A stretch of 22,760 bases of DNA from assembly GCA_051382335.1 (NCBI GenBank), contig JBBCAX010000231.1, forward strand, positions 1 through 22,760, written 5' to 3'. The stretch's first letter is position 1. Each line of letters begins with the position of its first letter. Position numbers and translations under genes: made by a program. The notes under the pieces were generated by a model, which had not been told where the DNA came from, did no database searches, and saw nothing but the letters and a program-made list of their open reading frames with translations. This stretch comes from Deltaproteobacteria bacterium TL4 (GTDB lineage Bacteria; SAR324; NAC60-12). This document shows positions 9,116-18,017 of this stretch, one piece after another.

Positions 9116-10213
9116 TTAAATCTGATAATCCATAGGCACAGCATGTTTAACCTTTTCTTCCAGAAAAAATTTAACCCGACGTGGCAGGACAAACACGATT
9201 TCTCCCCTGCGTAATTTGAGACTCTGATAATCATCCCGACTCAAGATGGCCTCAAGGGATTTCTGATCCATGGTTGTTTTGAGTTCCAGGCGGACTATCG
9301 GACCAATCGTGCTGATATCCTGAATTTCAGCAGACAGACTATGTTTCGCATCTGTGGTACGACTCACTACCATGTCATGGGGACGCACATAACCCACGAT
9401 AGGAGCAGAAGGAGCCTCTGAATATTCAGGAACCTCAATTCTCATAATGCCGATATCAACCTGTCCCTGATGCACCCTGCCATGAAACAGATTCACATCC
9501 CCCAGAAACTGATACACAAAAGGATTGACCGGGTGTTCATAGACCTCATCAGGAGTTCCAATCTGTTCAATATTGCCATGATTCATGACGACAATCTGAT
9601 CAGCCACTTCCATGGCTTCTTCCTGATCATGGGTCACAAACACACTGGTCACATGCAAATCATCATGCAAGCGACGTAACCAGCGTCGAAGTTCTTTGCG
9701 CACCTGGGCATCCAGTGCCGCAAAAGGTTCATCGAGAAGCAACACACGAGGTTCCACAGCCAAGGCTCGGGCTAACGCAATCCGTTGTCGTTGTCCGCCT
9801 GAAAGTTGCGAAGGATAATGGTCTGCCAGCCAGTCCAATTGCACCATTTCCAGCAGTTTTTTGACCTTGTCCCTGATTTCCAGACGTGAAAGACGAATCG
9901 CGCGCTGTTTGACCCTCAAGCCAAATGCCACATTTTCAAAAATGGTCATGTGCCGGAACAAGGCATAATGCTGAAACACAAATCCGACCTGCCGGTCCTT
10001 GACACTTTGGCAAGTGGCAGATTCTCCCTGGAGAATGACTTCTCCAGAATCCTGTTGTTCGAGTCCCGCAATAATCCGCAGCAAGGTTGTTTTTCCACAG
10101 CCTGAAGGACCCAGCAAAGCCACCAGTTCACCATCGGGGATGGTGAGGTTAATCTCGTTCAATGCCGAAAAATTGCCAAAACGTTTGTTGATATGATGTA
10201 ATTCAATGCTCAT
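9116..10213 (-). CDS. cysA: Sulfate/thiosulfate ABC transporter ATP-binding subunit
   Basis: [37 protein letters not shown]-terminal TOBE-like region; operon context. Confidence 0.96.
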   Translation of the reverse strand: MSIELHHINKRFGNFSALNEINLTIPDGELVALLGPSGCGKTTLLRIIAGLEQQDSGEVILQGESATCQSVKDRQVGFVFQHYALFRHMTIFENVAFGLRVKQRAIRLSRLEIRDKVKKLLEMVQLDWLADHYPSQLSGGQRQRIALARALAVEPRVLLLDEPFAALDAQVRKELRRWLRRLHDDLHVTSVFVTHDQEEAMEVADQIVVMNHGNIEQIGTPDEVYEHPVNPFVYQFLGDVNLFHGRVHQGQVDIGIMRIEVPEYSEAPSAPIVGYVRPHDMVVSRTTDAKHSLSAEIQDISTIGPIVRLELKTTMDQKSLEAILSRDDYQSLKLRRGEIVFVLPRRVKFFLEEKVKHAVPMDYQI

Positions 10214-10226
10214 CGGTGTCTTCCTC

Positions 10227-11099
10227 TTATAAAACTTTTTGTTGTTTTGCTTTCCACTCCACCAGACTTTTACTGATCAGGGTCACTAATGCCAGAATCA
10301 CCAGAATAGAAGCCACAGCAAAGGACGCTGTAAAATTATATTCATTGTAGAGAATTTCCACATGCAGGGGGACGGTGTTGGTCATTCCGCGAATATGTCC
10401 TGACACCACAGAAACAGCGCCAAATTCTCCCAGAGCACGAGCACTGGCCAGAATCACCCCATAGAGGAGGCCCCACTTGATATTGGGTAAAGTAACTTTG
10501 GTGAAGATTTGCCAACCATTCGCGCCTAAGACCAGCGCTGATTGTTCTTCTTCAGTTCCTTGGGATTGCATCAGGGGAATCAGTTCACGAGCCACAAAGG
10601 GAAATGTAATAAAAATGGTTGCCAGCAGAATCCCTGGAATTGCAAAAATAATCTGAATATCTCGTTCCATCAGAAAGGATCCCATCCATCCTTGAGCTCC
10701 AAATAACAAAACAAAGATCAACCCGGAGATCACAGGAGACACAGCAAAGGGAAGATCAATCAGAGTGATCAGGATACTTTTGCCACTGAATTCAAATTTG
10801 GTGATACACCAGGCGGCAACCAGTCCAAATAGCGTGTTGGCAACCACAGAGACCAGCAGCACCTGCAATGACAGTTTCATTGCGGCAACCGTGTCTTCAT
10901 GACGGATCGCCTCCCAGTAAGCTATCAACCCTTTTTCCAGCGCCTGCACAAACACCGCAATCAAGGGCACCACCAGAAACAGTGTCAGAAAACCGATGGC
11001 AACTCCGATCAGTAACCATCTGAGCCAATATGGCTCTGTGACCCCTGAACTTTGGGTGGTATCGTTCCAGTATTTTTTGTGGGGATTTAATTTTCCCAT
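10227..11099 (-). CDS. cysW: Sulfate ABC transporter permease CysW
   Basis: [37 protein letters not shown]. Confidence 0.96.
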   Translation of the reverse strand: MGKLNPHKKYWNDTTQSSGVTEPYWLRWLLIGVAIGFLTLFLVVPLIAVFVQALEKGLIAYWEAIRHEDTVAAMKLSLQVLLVSVVANTLFGLVAAWCITKFEFSGKSILITLIDLPFAVSPVISGLIFVLLFGAQGWMGSFLMERDIQIIFAIPGILLATIFITFPFVARELIPLMQSQGTEEEQSALVLGANGWQIFTKVTLPNIKWGLLYGVILASARALGEFGAVSVVSGHIRGMTNTVPLHVEILYNEYNFTASFAVASILVILALVTLISKSLVEWKAKQQKVL

Positions 11100-11121
11100 A
11101 GAGACTCCTTTAATAGTTCGA

Positions 11122-11946
11122 TTAGTGGCGCTTGTCCCACCACTGGAGCAGGTTAAAGACCAGCAACATTGAAAAAGAAAGCAAGAGCATCACTGTGCCA
11201 ATGGCGGTGGCACCTTCATAATCATACTGTTCAAGACGGGTGATGATCAGCAAGGGGACAATCTCTGTCTTGAACGGCAGATTACCAGAGATAAATACTA
11301 CCGAGCCATACTCTCCCAGCCCACGGGCAAATGATAGTGAAAAGCCTGTCAGCAAAGACGGTAGAAGATGAGGCAGGATGATGCGTCTGAAAATTTGTAA
11401 GCGACTTGCCCCCAGGCTGGCAGCCGCTTCTTCTGCCTCGGTTTCCCACTCTTCCAGGACGGGTTGTACTGTGCGAACCACAAAGGGCAGTCCGATAAAA
11501 ATCAGCGCCACCGTGATTCCAATCGGAGTAAAGGCCACCTTGATCGCAAAACGTTCTAAATACTGACCAATCCAACCGTTGCTGGAAAAAATCGCAGTGA
11601 GCGAAATTCCTGCTACCGCGGTTGGCAAGGCAAAGGGCAAATCAACAAGTCCATCCACCAGTCTTTTAGCTGGAAAAGAATAGCGAATCAGAACCCAGGC
11701 GACAATACCGCCAAACACGGTGTTCACCAGTGCGGCAAGCAGAGCGGTGGTCAGACTGAGCTGGAAGGAGGCCATTACTCTTTTTGAAAAAATAACGTTC
11801 ACAAAAGCCCCCCAATCCATACTCAGCGTTTTGAGCAGCATGGCAGACAAAGGAATGAGAACGAGCAAGGTCAGGTAGGTCAGGGTGAGACCTAGTGTCA
11901 AGTGAAACCCCGGCAGTAGTCTCCGGGAAGGTGTAAGACCATTCAT
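11122..11946 (-). CDS. cysT: Sulfate ABC transporter permease CysT (CysU)
   Basis: DLPFALPTAVAG, PFVVRTVQPVL, EEAAASLGAS, GEYGSVVFISGN. Confidence 0.96.
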   Translation of the reverse strand: MNGLTPSRRLLPGFHLTLGLTLTYLTLLVLIPLSAMLLKTLSMDWGAFVNVIFSKRVMASFQLSLTTALLAALVNTVFGGIVAWVLIRYSFPAKRLVDGLVDLPFALPTAVAGISLTAIFSSNGWIGQYLERFAIKVAFTPIGITVALIFIGLPFVVRTVQPVLEEWETEAEEAAASLGASRLQIFRRIILPHLLPSLLTGFSLSFARGLGEYGSVVFISGNLPFKTEIVPLLIITRLEQYDYEGATAIGTVMLLLSFSMLLVFNLLQWWDKRH

Positions 11947-12079
11947 GGGCTATCCTTATTATTTTTATTTTGTATCCATGCCCTAAACGCCGTTCCATTA
12001 ATGTGGCGATTGGTGTAACCCCCACTGACATCGTTGAGCATTTCGTTTTTTGTTGAGTTCTCTGTCACACAACTACAAC

Positions 12080-12184
12080 CTATAGACTTTCAGATAAGTC
12101 TTTCCGGGAATGCAGACATCTTGCCCGCAAAAGCAGTCGGGATACCTGCGCTCCCGCTCAAAATACTTTTATGAAACGCTAGAG
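12080..12184 (+). mobile_element. ~105-bp MITE-like repeat, copy 3, followed at 12185 by a second left-end stub TATAGACTT
   Basis: Homologous to copies 1 and 2, 2 nt shorter; lies between sbp and cysT. Confidence 0.8.
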
Positions 12185-12220
12185 TATAGACTTGAGACGT
12201 TTAAAGAGCCGCTCCGACTT

Positions 12221-13225
12221 CTAGGGTTGATAAATCTGATCAAACACGCCTCCATCGGCAAAATGGGTATCCTGCGCTTTTTGCCATCCGCCAAAGGTAT
12301 CATCAATCGTGATCAGATTGATTTTAGGAAACTGAGAACTATAGAGGATTGCCGTTTTTTCCAGCCTGGGCCGATAATAGTGTTTTCCGGCCAGTTTTTG
12401 TCCTTCTTCAGAATAGAGGTATTCCAGATACGCTCTTGCCAATTCCTGGGTTCCATGTTTGATGGCATTTTTATCCACGACGGTAACAGAAGGTTCCGCC
12501 AGAATACTGAGTGAGGGAACCACAATCTGGACTTTGCCTGCGCCTAATTCTTTCACGGCTAGGAAGGCTTCATTTTCCCAGGCCAGCAACACATCTCCAA
12601 TCCCACGTTGGACAAATGTCGTTGTAGAGCCACGTGCGCCAGAATCAAGAACCGGGACGTTTCTAAAAAGTTGTCCCACAAATTCACGAGCTTTTTGCTC
12701 TCCACTTCCATATTTTTTAAGGGCATAACCCCACGCTGCCAAATAGTTCCAGCGGGCTCCCCCAGAGGTTTTTGGATTCGGGGTAATTACAGAAATACCC
12801 GGTTTGATCAGATCATCCCAATCCTTGATGTTTTCAGGATTTCCCTGACGCACCAGAAATACGATGGTGGACGTATAGGGAGCACTGTTGTTCGGAAGTC
12901 GTTTGATCCAGTCTTTTGGAATCAATGCTCTATGCTGATATAAAGCCTCCACATCATAAGCCAGAGCCAGAGTCACAACATCTGCCTGAAGTCCGTCAAT
13001 CACGGATCTGGCTTGTTTTCCGGAGCCTCCATGCGACTGATTGAATTTGACATCAACCCCTGTTTTTGCTTTCCAATACTTACCAAACAAGGTGTTGTAC
13101 TCAACATAAAGTTCACGGGTCGGATCATACGAAACATTTAAAAATTCTATCTGCTTCTGCGCTAACGCGAGGGAAGCAAATCCCAATAAAACGACGATGA
13201 GCACATTCCAAAATTTACGAAACAT
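12221..13225 (-). CDS. sbp: Periplasmic sulfate-binding protein
   Basis: Signal peptide, [41 protein letters not shown] upstream of the ATG. Confidence 0.96.
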   Translation of the reverse strand: MFRKFWNVLIVVLLGFASLALAQKQIEFLNVSYDPTRELYVEYNTLFGKYWKAKTGVDVKFNQSHGGSGKQARSVIDGLQADVVTLALAYDVEALYQHRALIPKDWIKRLPNNSAPYTSTIVFLVRQGNPENIKDWDDLIKPGISVITPNPKTSGGARWNYLAAWGYALKKYGSGEQKAREFVGQLFRNVPVLDSGARGSTTTFVQRGIGDVLLAWENEAFLAVKELGAGKVQIVVPSLSILAEPSVTVVDKNAIKHGTQELARAYLEYLYSEEGQKLAGKHYYRPRLEKTAILYSSQFPKINLITIDDTFGGWQKAQDTHFADGGVFDQIYQP

Positions 13226-13455
13226 AAGTCTCCTTTGAAAAAATGAATTAACAATGAATGGAAAAAATCTCGTGTACTGAATAACTGGTTTTTAGACGTC
13301 AGGTAAAACAAAACCACCAGAAAATCACATGAGCTACTGAAATCAGGACGAGCGAAGCCGCACCACAGCTTAGCAAGCCTAAACACTTGACAAAAATAAA
13401 CGCTAGATTGAAATTAAACCTGTATGAATTTTTCCAAGTAAAAAATCTGAAAGGT

Positions 13456-13581
13456 TCAGCAGCAACAGAGGCAACAACAAGAGGGGCGCATGAAAAGAGA
13501 AATAAGGGGAGACTTTACTTGTGGCATAGGACGCCGTTCCCGCAAATAGAAACTCGAATGAGCGCTATTTAAGTGATTCAT
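13456..13581 (-). CDS. Putative cysteine-rich leader peptide (41 aa) of the sulfate transport operon
   Basis: Manual translation: MNHLNSAHSSFYLRERRPMPQVKSPLISLFMRPSCCCLCCC-stop. GGAG lies 7 nt before ATG 13581; further in-frame ATGs at 13527 and 13491. Absent from the supplied ORF track. Confidence 0.8.
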   Translation of the reverse strand: MNHLNSAHSSFYLRERRPMPQVKSPLISLFMRPSCCCLCCC

Positions 13582-13633
13582 ATTTCAACTCCAGAAAGGG
13601 TTTGAAAATAAGCATTTGAATAAACTGGGGGCG

Positions 13634-13662
13634 ACCATAGCGAAGTGAGAAATCAAAAGCAA
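13634..13662 (-). promoter_or_regulatory. Sigma70-like promoter for the leader and the sbp-cysTWA operon
   Basis: TTGCTT (13662-13657), 17-nt spacer, TATGGT (13639-13634), with AT-rich sequence upstream. Confidence 0.55.
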
Positions 13663-13693
13663 GATATTTTTCATAAATGACGGGCTTCTTAGG

Positions 13694-13739
13694 GACCAGG
13701 CCAATCAGAACCAGAACTTCAACCAGAGGTGCGATCACA
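13694..13739 (-). pseudogene. Relic of the 3' end of an acr3 gene
   Basis: 13698-13739 matches 16283-16324 at 38/42 nt. Translates VIAPLVEVLVLIGLV versus [15 protein letters not shown] in Acr3. Confidence 0.75.
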
Positions 13740-13748
13740 AAAGAACCT

Positions 13749-15473
13749 TTATTTCCAAGGTTCCAGAACGACTCGCTCTGAGTGTTCCATAATCTCCCTG
13801 AGATATTTGATTTCCTGTCTTTGGCGAGAACGAAGTACGGGATCCTTTATTTCGAGAGGTGTCAGACTTTGGTTAATGACCCAGGCGAAGGGCTTGATTT
13901 GCGCTCGTTTCAAGTCTCGTTCAAGCCGCGTCGTCTCGTGAATAGGCGTAGACTCCGGAAGCGTGATGAGAAGGACTTGAGTGCGAGCTGGGTCACGCAG
14001 ACGTGGCAGAAGACGTTGAACTGCTTCAGGACTGCCGCTGGATTTGCGAAGTACCTCGCGATGGTAGGCTTCCGCGGCATCGAGCAGGAGCAGTGTGTGC
14101 CCTGTAGGTGCCGTATCGATGATAATGAACTTGTCTTCTCCCTCCGCTACGGTGTTGGCAAAAGCACGAAAGACAGCAATCTCCTCGGTGCAGGGAGAGC
14201 GCAAATCTTCCTCAAGGAGCGCTCGTCCATGGGCATCCAATCCTTGTCCCGCTACAGCAAGGACCTCCTCGGTGTAACGTCTTGTTTCAAGTGCTGGATC
14301 GATTCGTGTTACCTTCAAGTTGGGAAGTCTCTGAAGTACGGCCTGTTCCACATGAGCAGCCGGATCTGTTGTTGTCAGCGTCACCTGGTAACCCATCCGC
14401 GCAAGTTGGGATGCGATACGAACTGCCACTGTTGTCTTTCCAACGCCGCCTTTTCCCATCGTCATCACCACCCCTTTTCCGCGAAGCGCAATCTGCGCAA
14501 TCAGTGCGTCCAGGCCATCGTAGTCCAGGAGATTGGAAGCTATCGGATTGGAAAAAGCTGGCACTTCATCAGGATCGCTCATTTTTCGCAGGGACTCAAC
14601 CCCAACAAGTTCGAAGGCCAGAAGTGGAACATCAACACGGGATAATGAGCGGAGTCCCTCCGACATGGACTCAAGTGATTCGATTCCCCTTGCTTCCATA
14701 GCGACAGCCGTTGCGTCGTTTAAATCTCCAGCCCGAAAAACGCCATTGAGGATCATCCGCATGTTACTCATGCCAAGCTGAGACAATTCGTTCCGTGTGC
14801 GCTCCGCCTCAGTGAGTGAGGGTCGATCTGGACGAGCCACTAGCACGATCGTCGTTTTCCTGGCATCGCGCAACGCCTTGTTGGAGGCAGCATAAAGCTC
14901 CTGTTGAGCCTTCAGCCCTGATAGCGGTCCCAGACACGACGTTCCTCCTGAATTTGTTTCGATGAAGCTCGACCAGGCTGCGGGCAATTCAAGCAAGCGT
15001 AACGTGTGTCCTGTTGGGGCAGTATCAAAGATGACGTGATCGAATTCTTTGGTGAAAGCGGTATCCCCAAGCAGCTTGGAAAATTCGTCAAAGGCCGCAA
15101 TTTCCATAGTACAGGCGCCTGAAAGTTGCTCTTCAATACTGGCGAGCGCAACCGCAGGCAATAGCCCGCGATACGGGGCAATAATTCGCTCCCGATAGGC
15201 ATGAGCAGCCTGTTCGGGATCAATGTTCAGGGCAAAGAGACCGGGCATACGGGGTACAGCTTTTGGCTTACTTGTAAGCTCTACACCAAGCACCTCGTCG
15301 AGATTCGACGCGGGATCGGTACTGATGAGTAAAACCTGCTTGCCCGCATCCGCGAGACCAATCGCTGTAGCGCAAGCTGAAGATGTTTTTCCGACACCTC
15401 CCTTACCCGTAAAAAAAAGGATCCTGGTCGCATTATCGAGGAGTTTGGATAGTGGCGTTCCTTTCAGCAACAT
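13749..15473 (-). CDS. arsA: Arsenical pump-driving ATPase
   Basis: Two GKGGVGKT P-loops, two DTAPTGH motifs, metalloid-binding Cys in SGACT, SCLGP and SPCTEE. Start at ATG 15473 (SD AAGGGGA), overlapping the end of arsD. Confidence 0.96.
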   Translation of the reverse strand: MLLKGTPLSKLLDNATRILFFTGKGGVGKTSSACATAIGLADAGKQVLLISTDPASNLDEVLGVELTSKPKAVPRMPGLFALNIDPEQAAHAYRERIIAPYRGLLPAVALASIEEQLSGACTMEIAAFDEFSKLLGDTAFTKEFDHVIFDTAPTGHTLRLLELPAAWSSFIETNSGGTSCLGPLSGLKAQQELYAASNKALRDARKTTIVLVARPDRPSLTEAERTRNELSQLGMSNMRMILNGVFRAGDLNDATAVAMEARGIESLESMSEGLRSLSRVDVPLLAFELVGVESLRKMSDPDEVPAFSNPIASNLLDYDGLDALIAQIALRGKGVVMTMGKGGVGKTTVAVRIASQLARMGYQVTLTTTDPAAHVEQAVLQRLPNLKVTRIDPALETRRYTEEVLAVAGQGLDAHGRALLEEDLRSPCTEEIAVFRAFANTVAEGEDKFIIIDTAPTGHTLLLLDAAEAYHREVLRKSSGSPEAVQRLLPRLRDPARTQVLLITLPESTPIHETTRLERDLKRAQIKPFAWVINQSLTPLEIKDPVLRSRQRQEIKYLREIMEHSERVVLEPWK

Positions 15474-16111
15474 GAAGTCCCCTTGCCAGACGTTTTTTCT
15501 GAAGTCTTCGATGGTCCACATCCACAACTCGTCTTTGGCTTGGGAGTTTCCTCCGCTGCTGTTGAAGTTGACGTTTGCGATGTTTCCTGATGCAGGTACT
15601 TTTCAGCAAGGGCAAGCATGGCCTTAGCTGGGGCTTCTTTGACATTTTGAGCGGTTATGACGGCACGCCACATATCTTCGTGTGATACTCCCATTTTTCG
15701 GGCTTTGTCATAGTGATATTTGAAACACGGCTCACAGTTGGATGCGATAGCTGCCCCAATCGCAACGAGTTCAGCGACAGCTTCCGTAAAAATACTCGGG
15801 TTGGGTGCGCTGAGGCCCGTCCACACAGCAAGCTCGGTGCGTGAGGGATAAACTCCGCTACTCTTGACCTCATCATTCACCTTGATGAGAGGCAAAGCGG
15901 ACTCCCCTTTTGACTCAAGAGCTGCCGTTACAGATGCGTCCGCGGCAAAGACACCAGGCTGTTGCGAGAGGGAAAAGCGCTCAATGGAAACTCCCTGACT
16001 CTTCAGCCAGTCGAGATCAGCCGCAAAGTGTACGAGCTGCGGATCAACAGAAGGTCCACAGATTCCTGTGGAACAACACATGGCAGGATCGAATACACGG
16101 ATACTGGTCAT
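15464..16111 (-). CDS. arsD: ArsD metallochaperone fused to a CMD/AhpD-like domain
   Basis: N-terminal DPAMCCSTGICG; second domain ELVAIGAAIASNCEPCFKYH; Cys-rich tail SCGCG...SCC. Confidence 0.9.
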   Translation of the reverse strand: MTSIRVFDPAMCCSTGICGPSVDPQLVHFAADLDWLKSQGVSIERFSLSQQPGVFAADASVTAALESKGESALPLIKVNDEVKSSGVYPSRTELAVWTGLSAPNPSIFTEAVAELVAIGAAIASNCEPCFKYHYDKARKMGVSHEDMWRAVITAQNVKEAPAKAMLALAEKYLHQETSQTSTSTAAEETPKPKTSCGCGPSKTSEKTSGKGTSCC

Positions 16112-16233
16112 AGCAACTCCTTTTTATAGTTTATGGATGAGGGTTTATAACTAAGGCCGAAGGCACTCCTTTTTCCTGATTATTCAGCCGGATGAGCCTT
16201 ATGCCCCATTTATGGAGACAGATTCCTCGTAGT

Positions 16234-17292
16234 TTACTTTTCTCCAAAGTAATTTTCCTTGAATTTCAGAGAAACATGAACGAGGCCAATCAGAACCGGA
16301 ACTTCGACCAGCGGTCCGATCACAGCGGCAAAGGCGACTCCCGAGTTTATCCCGAAGACAGCAACCGCGACGGCGATCGCAAGCTCAAAATTATTGGAAG
16401 CTGCCGTGAAACTTAAAGACGCTGATTGGGGATAAGTGGCTCCCATCTTTTTTGAAAGATAAAAAGATATCAGAAACATGATCACAAAGTAAATACACAA
16501 CGGAATGGCGATGCGGATTACATCAAACGGCAGCTTCACAATATATTCGCCTTTTAACGAGAACATCACAAAAATGGTGAAGAGCAGAGCAATCAGGGTC
16601 AGAGGACTGATTTTGGGAATGAATTTTTTTTCATACCATTCTTTCCCTTTCGTTTTTAATCCAACAAAGCGAGTCAGCATCCCTCCGATGAAAGGAATTC
16701 CCAGATAGATAAAAACACTTTCAGCAATTTGTCCTATCGAAATATCAACGACAGACCCTTTTAACCCCAACCACTGAGGCAACAGAGTGATGAAAATATA
16801 GGCGTACACCGAGAAAAACAAGACTTGGAAAATGGAGTTAAACGCGACCAGACCCGCACAAAATTCTCTATCGCCCCGTGCCAGATCATTCCACACAATG
16901 ACCATCGCGATACAACGTGCCAAGCCAATCAAAATAAGTCCTACCATGTATTCATTGTAATCGGACAGCAACGTAACCGCCAGAAGGAACATTAACACGG
17001 GGCCAATGATCCAATTTTGAATCAGGGAAAGGAACAATAATTTGACGTTTCTAAAAATCTGTCCTAACTCTTCATACCGGACTTTGGCCAAAGGCGGATA
17101 CATCATCAGAATCAAGCCAATGGCAATGGGAATATTAGTGGTTCCCGATTTGAATTGATCCCAAAATCCGACAATGGAAGGAACGCCATAGCCAATCAGC
17201 ACCCCGACAAACATGGCTGAAAAGATCCACAGGGTTAAATAACGATCCAGAAATGACAGTTTTTTGGTTAAGGGTGACATCCGGTTTCTCAT
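16234..17292 (-). CDS. acr3: Acr3-family arsenite efflux transporter
   Basis: [46 protein letters not shown]. Alternative start at 17280. Confidence 0.96.
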   Translation of the reverse strand: MRNRMSPLTKKLSFLDRYLTLWIFSAMFVGVLIGYGVPSIVGFWDQFKSGTTNIPIAIGLILMMYPPLAKVRYEELGQIFRNVKLLFLSLIQNWIIGPVLMFLLAVTLLSDYNEYMVGLILIGLARCIAMVIVWNDLARGDREFCAGLVAFNSIFQVLFFSVYAYIFITLLPQWLGLKGSVVDISIGQIAESVFIYLGIPFIGGMLTRFVGLKTKGKEWYEKKFIPKISPLTLIALLFTIFVMFSLKGEYIVKLPFDVIRIAIPLCIYFVIMFLISFYLSKKMGATYPQSASLSFTAASNNFELAIAVAVAVFGINSGVAFAAVIGPLVEVPVLIGLVHVSLKFKENYFGEK

Positions 17293-17345
17293 TTTATAAG
17301 GGTTATTTCAACATCAACGGGAACTGACTCTTTCTCCGCCTTTGA

Positions 17346-17732
17346 TTAAAGATTTTCAAGGGCCGACTTGACCTTGTTACCAATGAGATCTCGAACAACA
17401 CGAAATTCATCAGGGCCCATGTTCCTGGGGTCTGGAATATTCCAATCTTCCCTTTTTTTGGCACGAACGAAAGGACATTTATCTCCACATCCCATCGTGA
17501 CTACCAAATCGTATACTATATCGGGAATTTCATTCAGCGATTTTGAGGTATGTTGACTCAAGTCATAACCCATTGCTCGCATCGCCTCAATCGCCTTGGG
17601 ATTGATACGTCCTGAGGGAGCAGAACCCGCACTATACACTTCAACCGTATTGTTGCCATAGAGACGCGCAAACGCCTGTGCCATCTGGCTACGGTTAGAA
17701 TTTTCGATACACACAAACAAGAGGTTTTTCAT
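17346..17732 (-). CDS. arsC: Arsenate reductase, LMW-PTPase fold
   Basis: CX5R loop CIENSNR, SAGS, resolving pair MGCGDKCP, WNIPDP. Confidence 0.88.
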   Translation of the reverse strand: MKNLLFVCIENSNRSQMAQAFARLYGNNTVEVYSAGSAPSGRINPKAIEAMRAMGYDLSQHTSKSLNEIPDIVYDLVVTMGCGDKCPFVRAKKREDWNIPDPRNMGPDEFRVVRDLIGNKVKSALENL

Positions 17733-17762
17733 AGTTTTCCTAGAAGAAGAAGGTGAGTCGTC

Positions 17763-17993
17763 TCATAGCCATTCACGAATCTTCGCGGGGGTGGGAACCG
17801 AACCAGAGTGAACCACTTTTTCATCCACAACCACTCCCGGAGTCGCCATCACGTGATATTTCATGATTTCTTCAGGCGTTTTTACTTTCACCACTTCCAC
17901 CTCCAAATGTCTGTCCATAATTTCTTTACGAATCAATTCTTCCGTTTTGAGGCACTTGCTACAACCTGTCCCCAGTATTTTGATAGTTTTCAT
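17763..17993 (-). CDS. Small thioredoxin-like redox-active disulfide protein
   Basis: IKILGTGCSKC...VMATPGVVVD. Start at ATG 17993 with SD AAGGA. Confidence 0.88.
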   Translation of the reverse strand: MKTIKILGTGCSKCLKTEELIRKEIMDRHLEVEVVKVKTPEEIMKYHVMATPGVVVDEKVVHSGSVPTPAKIREWL

Positions 17994-18017
17994 TGTTCCT
18001 TCTCGAAGCATAAAATT

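Noticed and set aside
8770..9234. ORFs 8770-9234, 8906-9214, 2148-2414, 2155-2514, 11666-12031 and 12110-12514
   Set aside because: They run through MITE or low-complexity DNA, or overlap well-supported genes, and show no recognisable motifs.
13387..13415. Plus-strand TTGACA suggesting an antisense promoter over the Cys leader, and ORF 13387-13572
   Set aside because: No acceptable -10 at 16-18 nt spacing; the ORF is the antisense shadow of the leader.
13782..14645. 287-aa plus-strand ORF and other antisense ORFs within arsA
   Set aside because: Antisense shadows of a GC-rich, well-conserved gene.
15474..15527. N-terminal extension of ArsA (MWMWTIEDF...) in the ORF track
   Set aside because: It lies inside arsD; ATG 15473 has a good SD and fits the family N-terminus.
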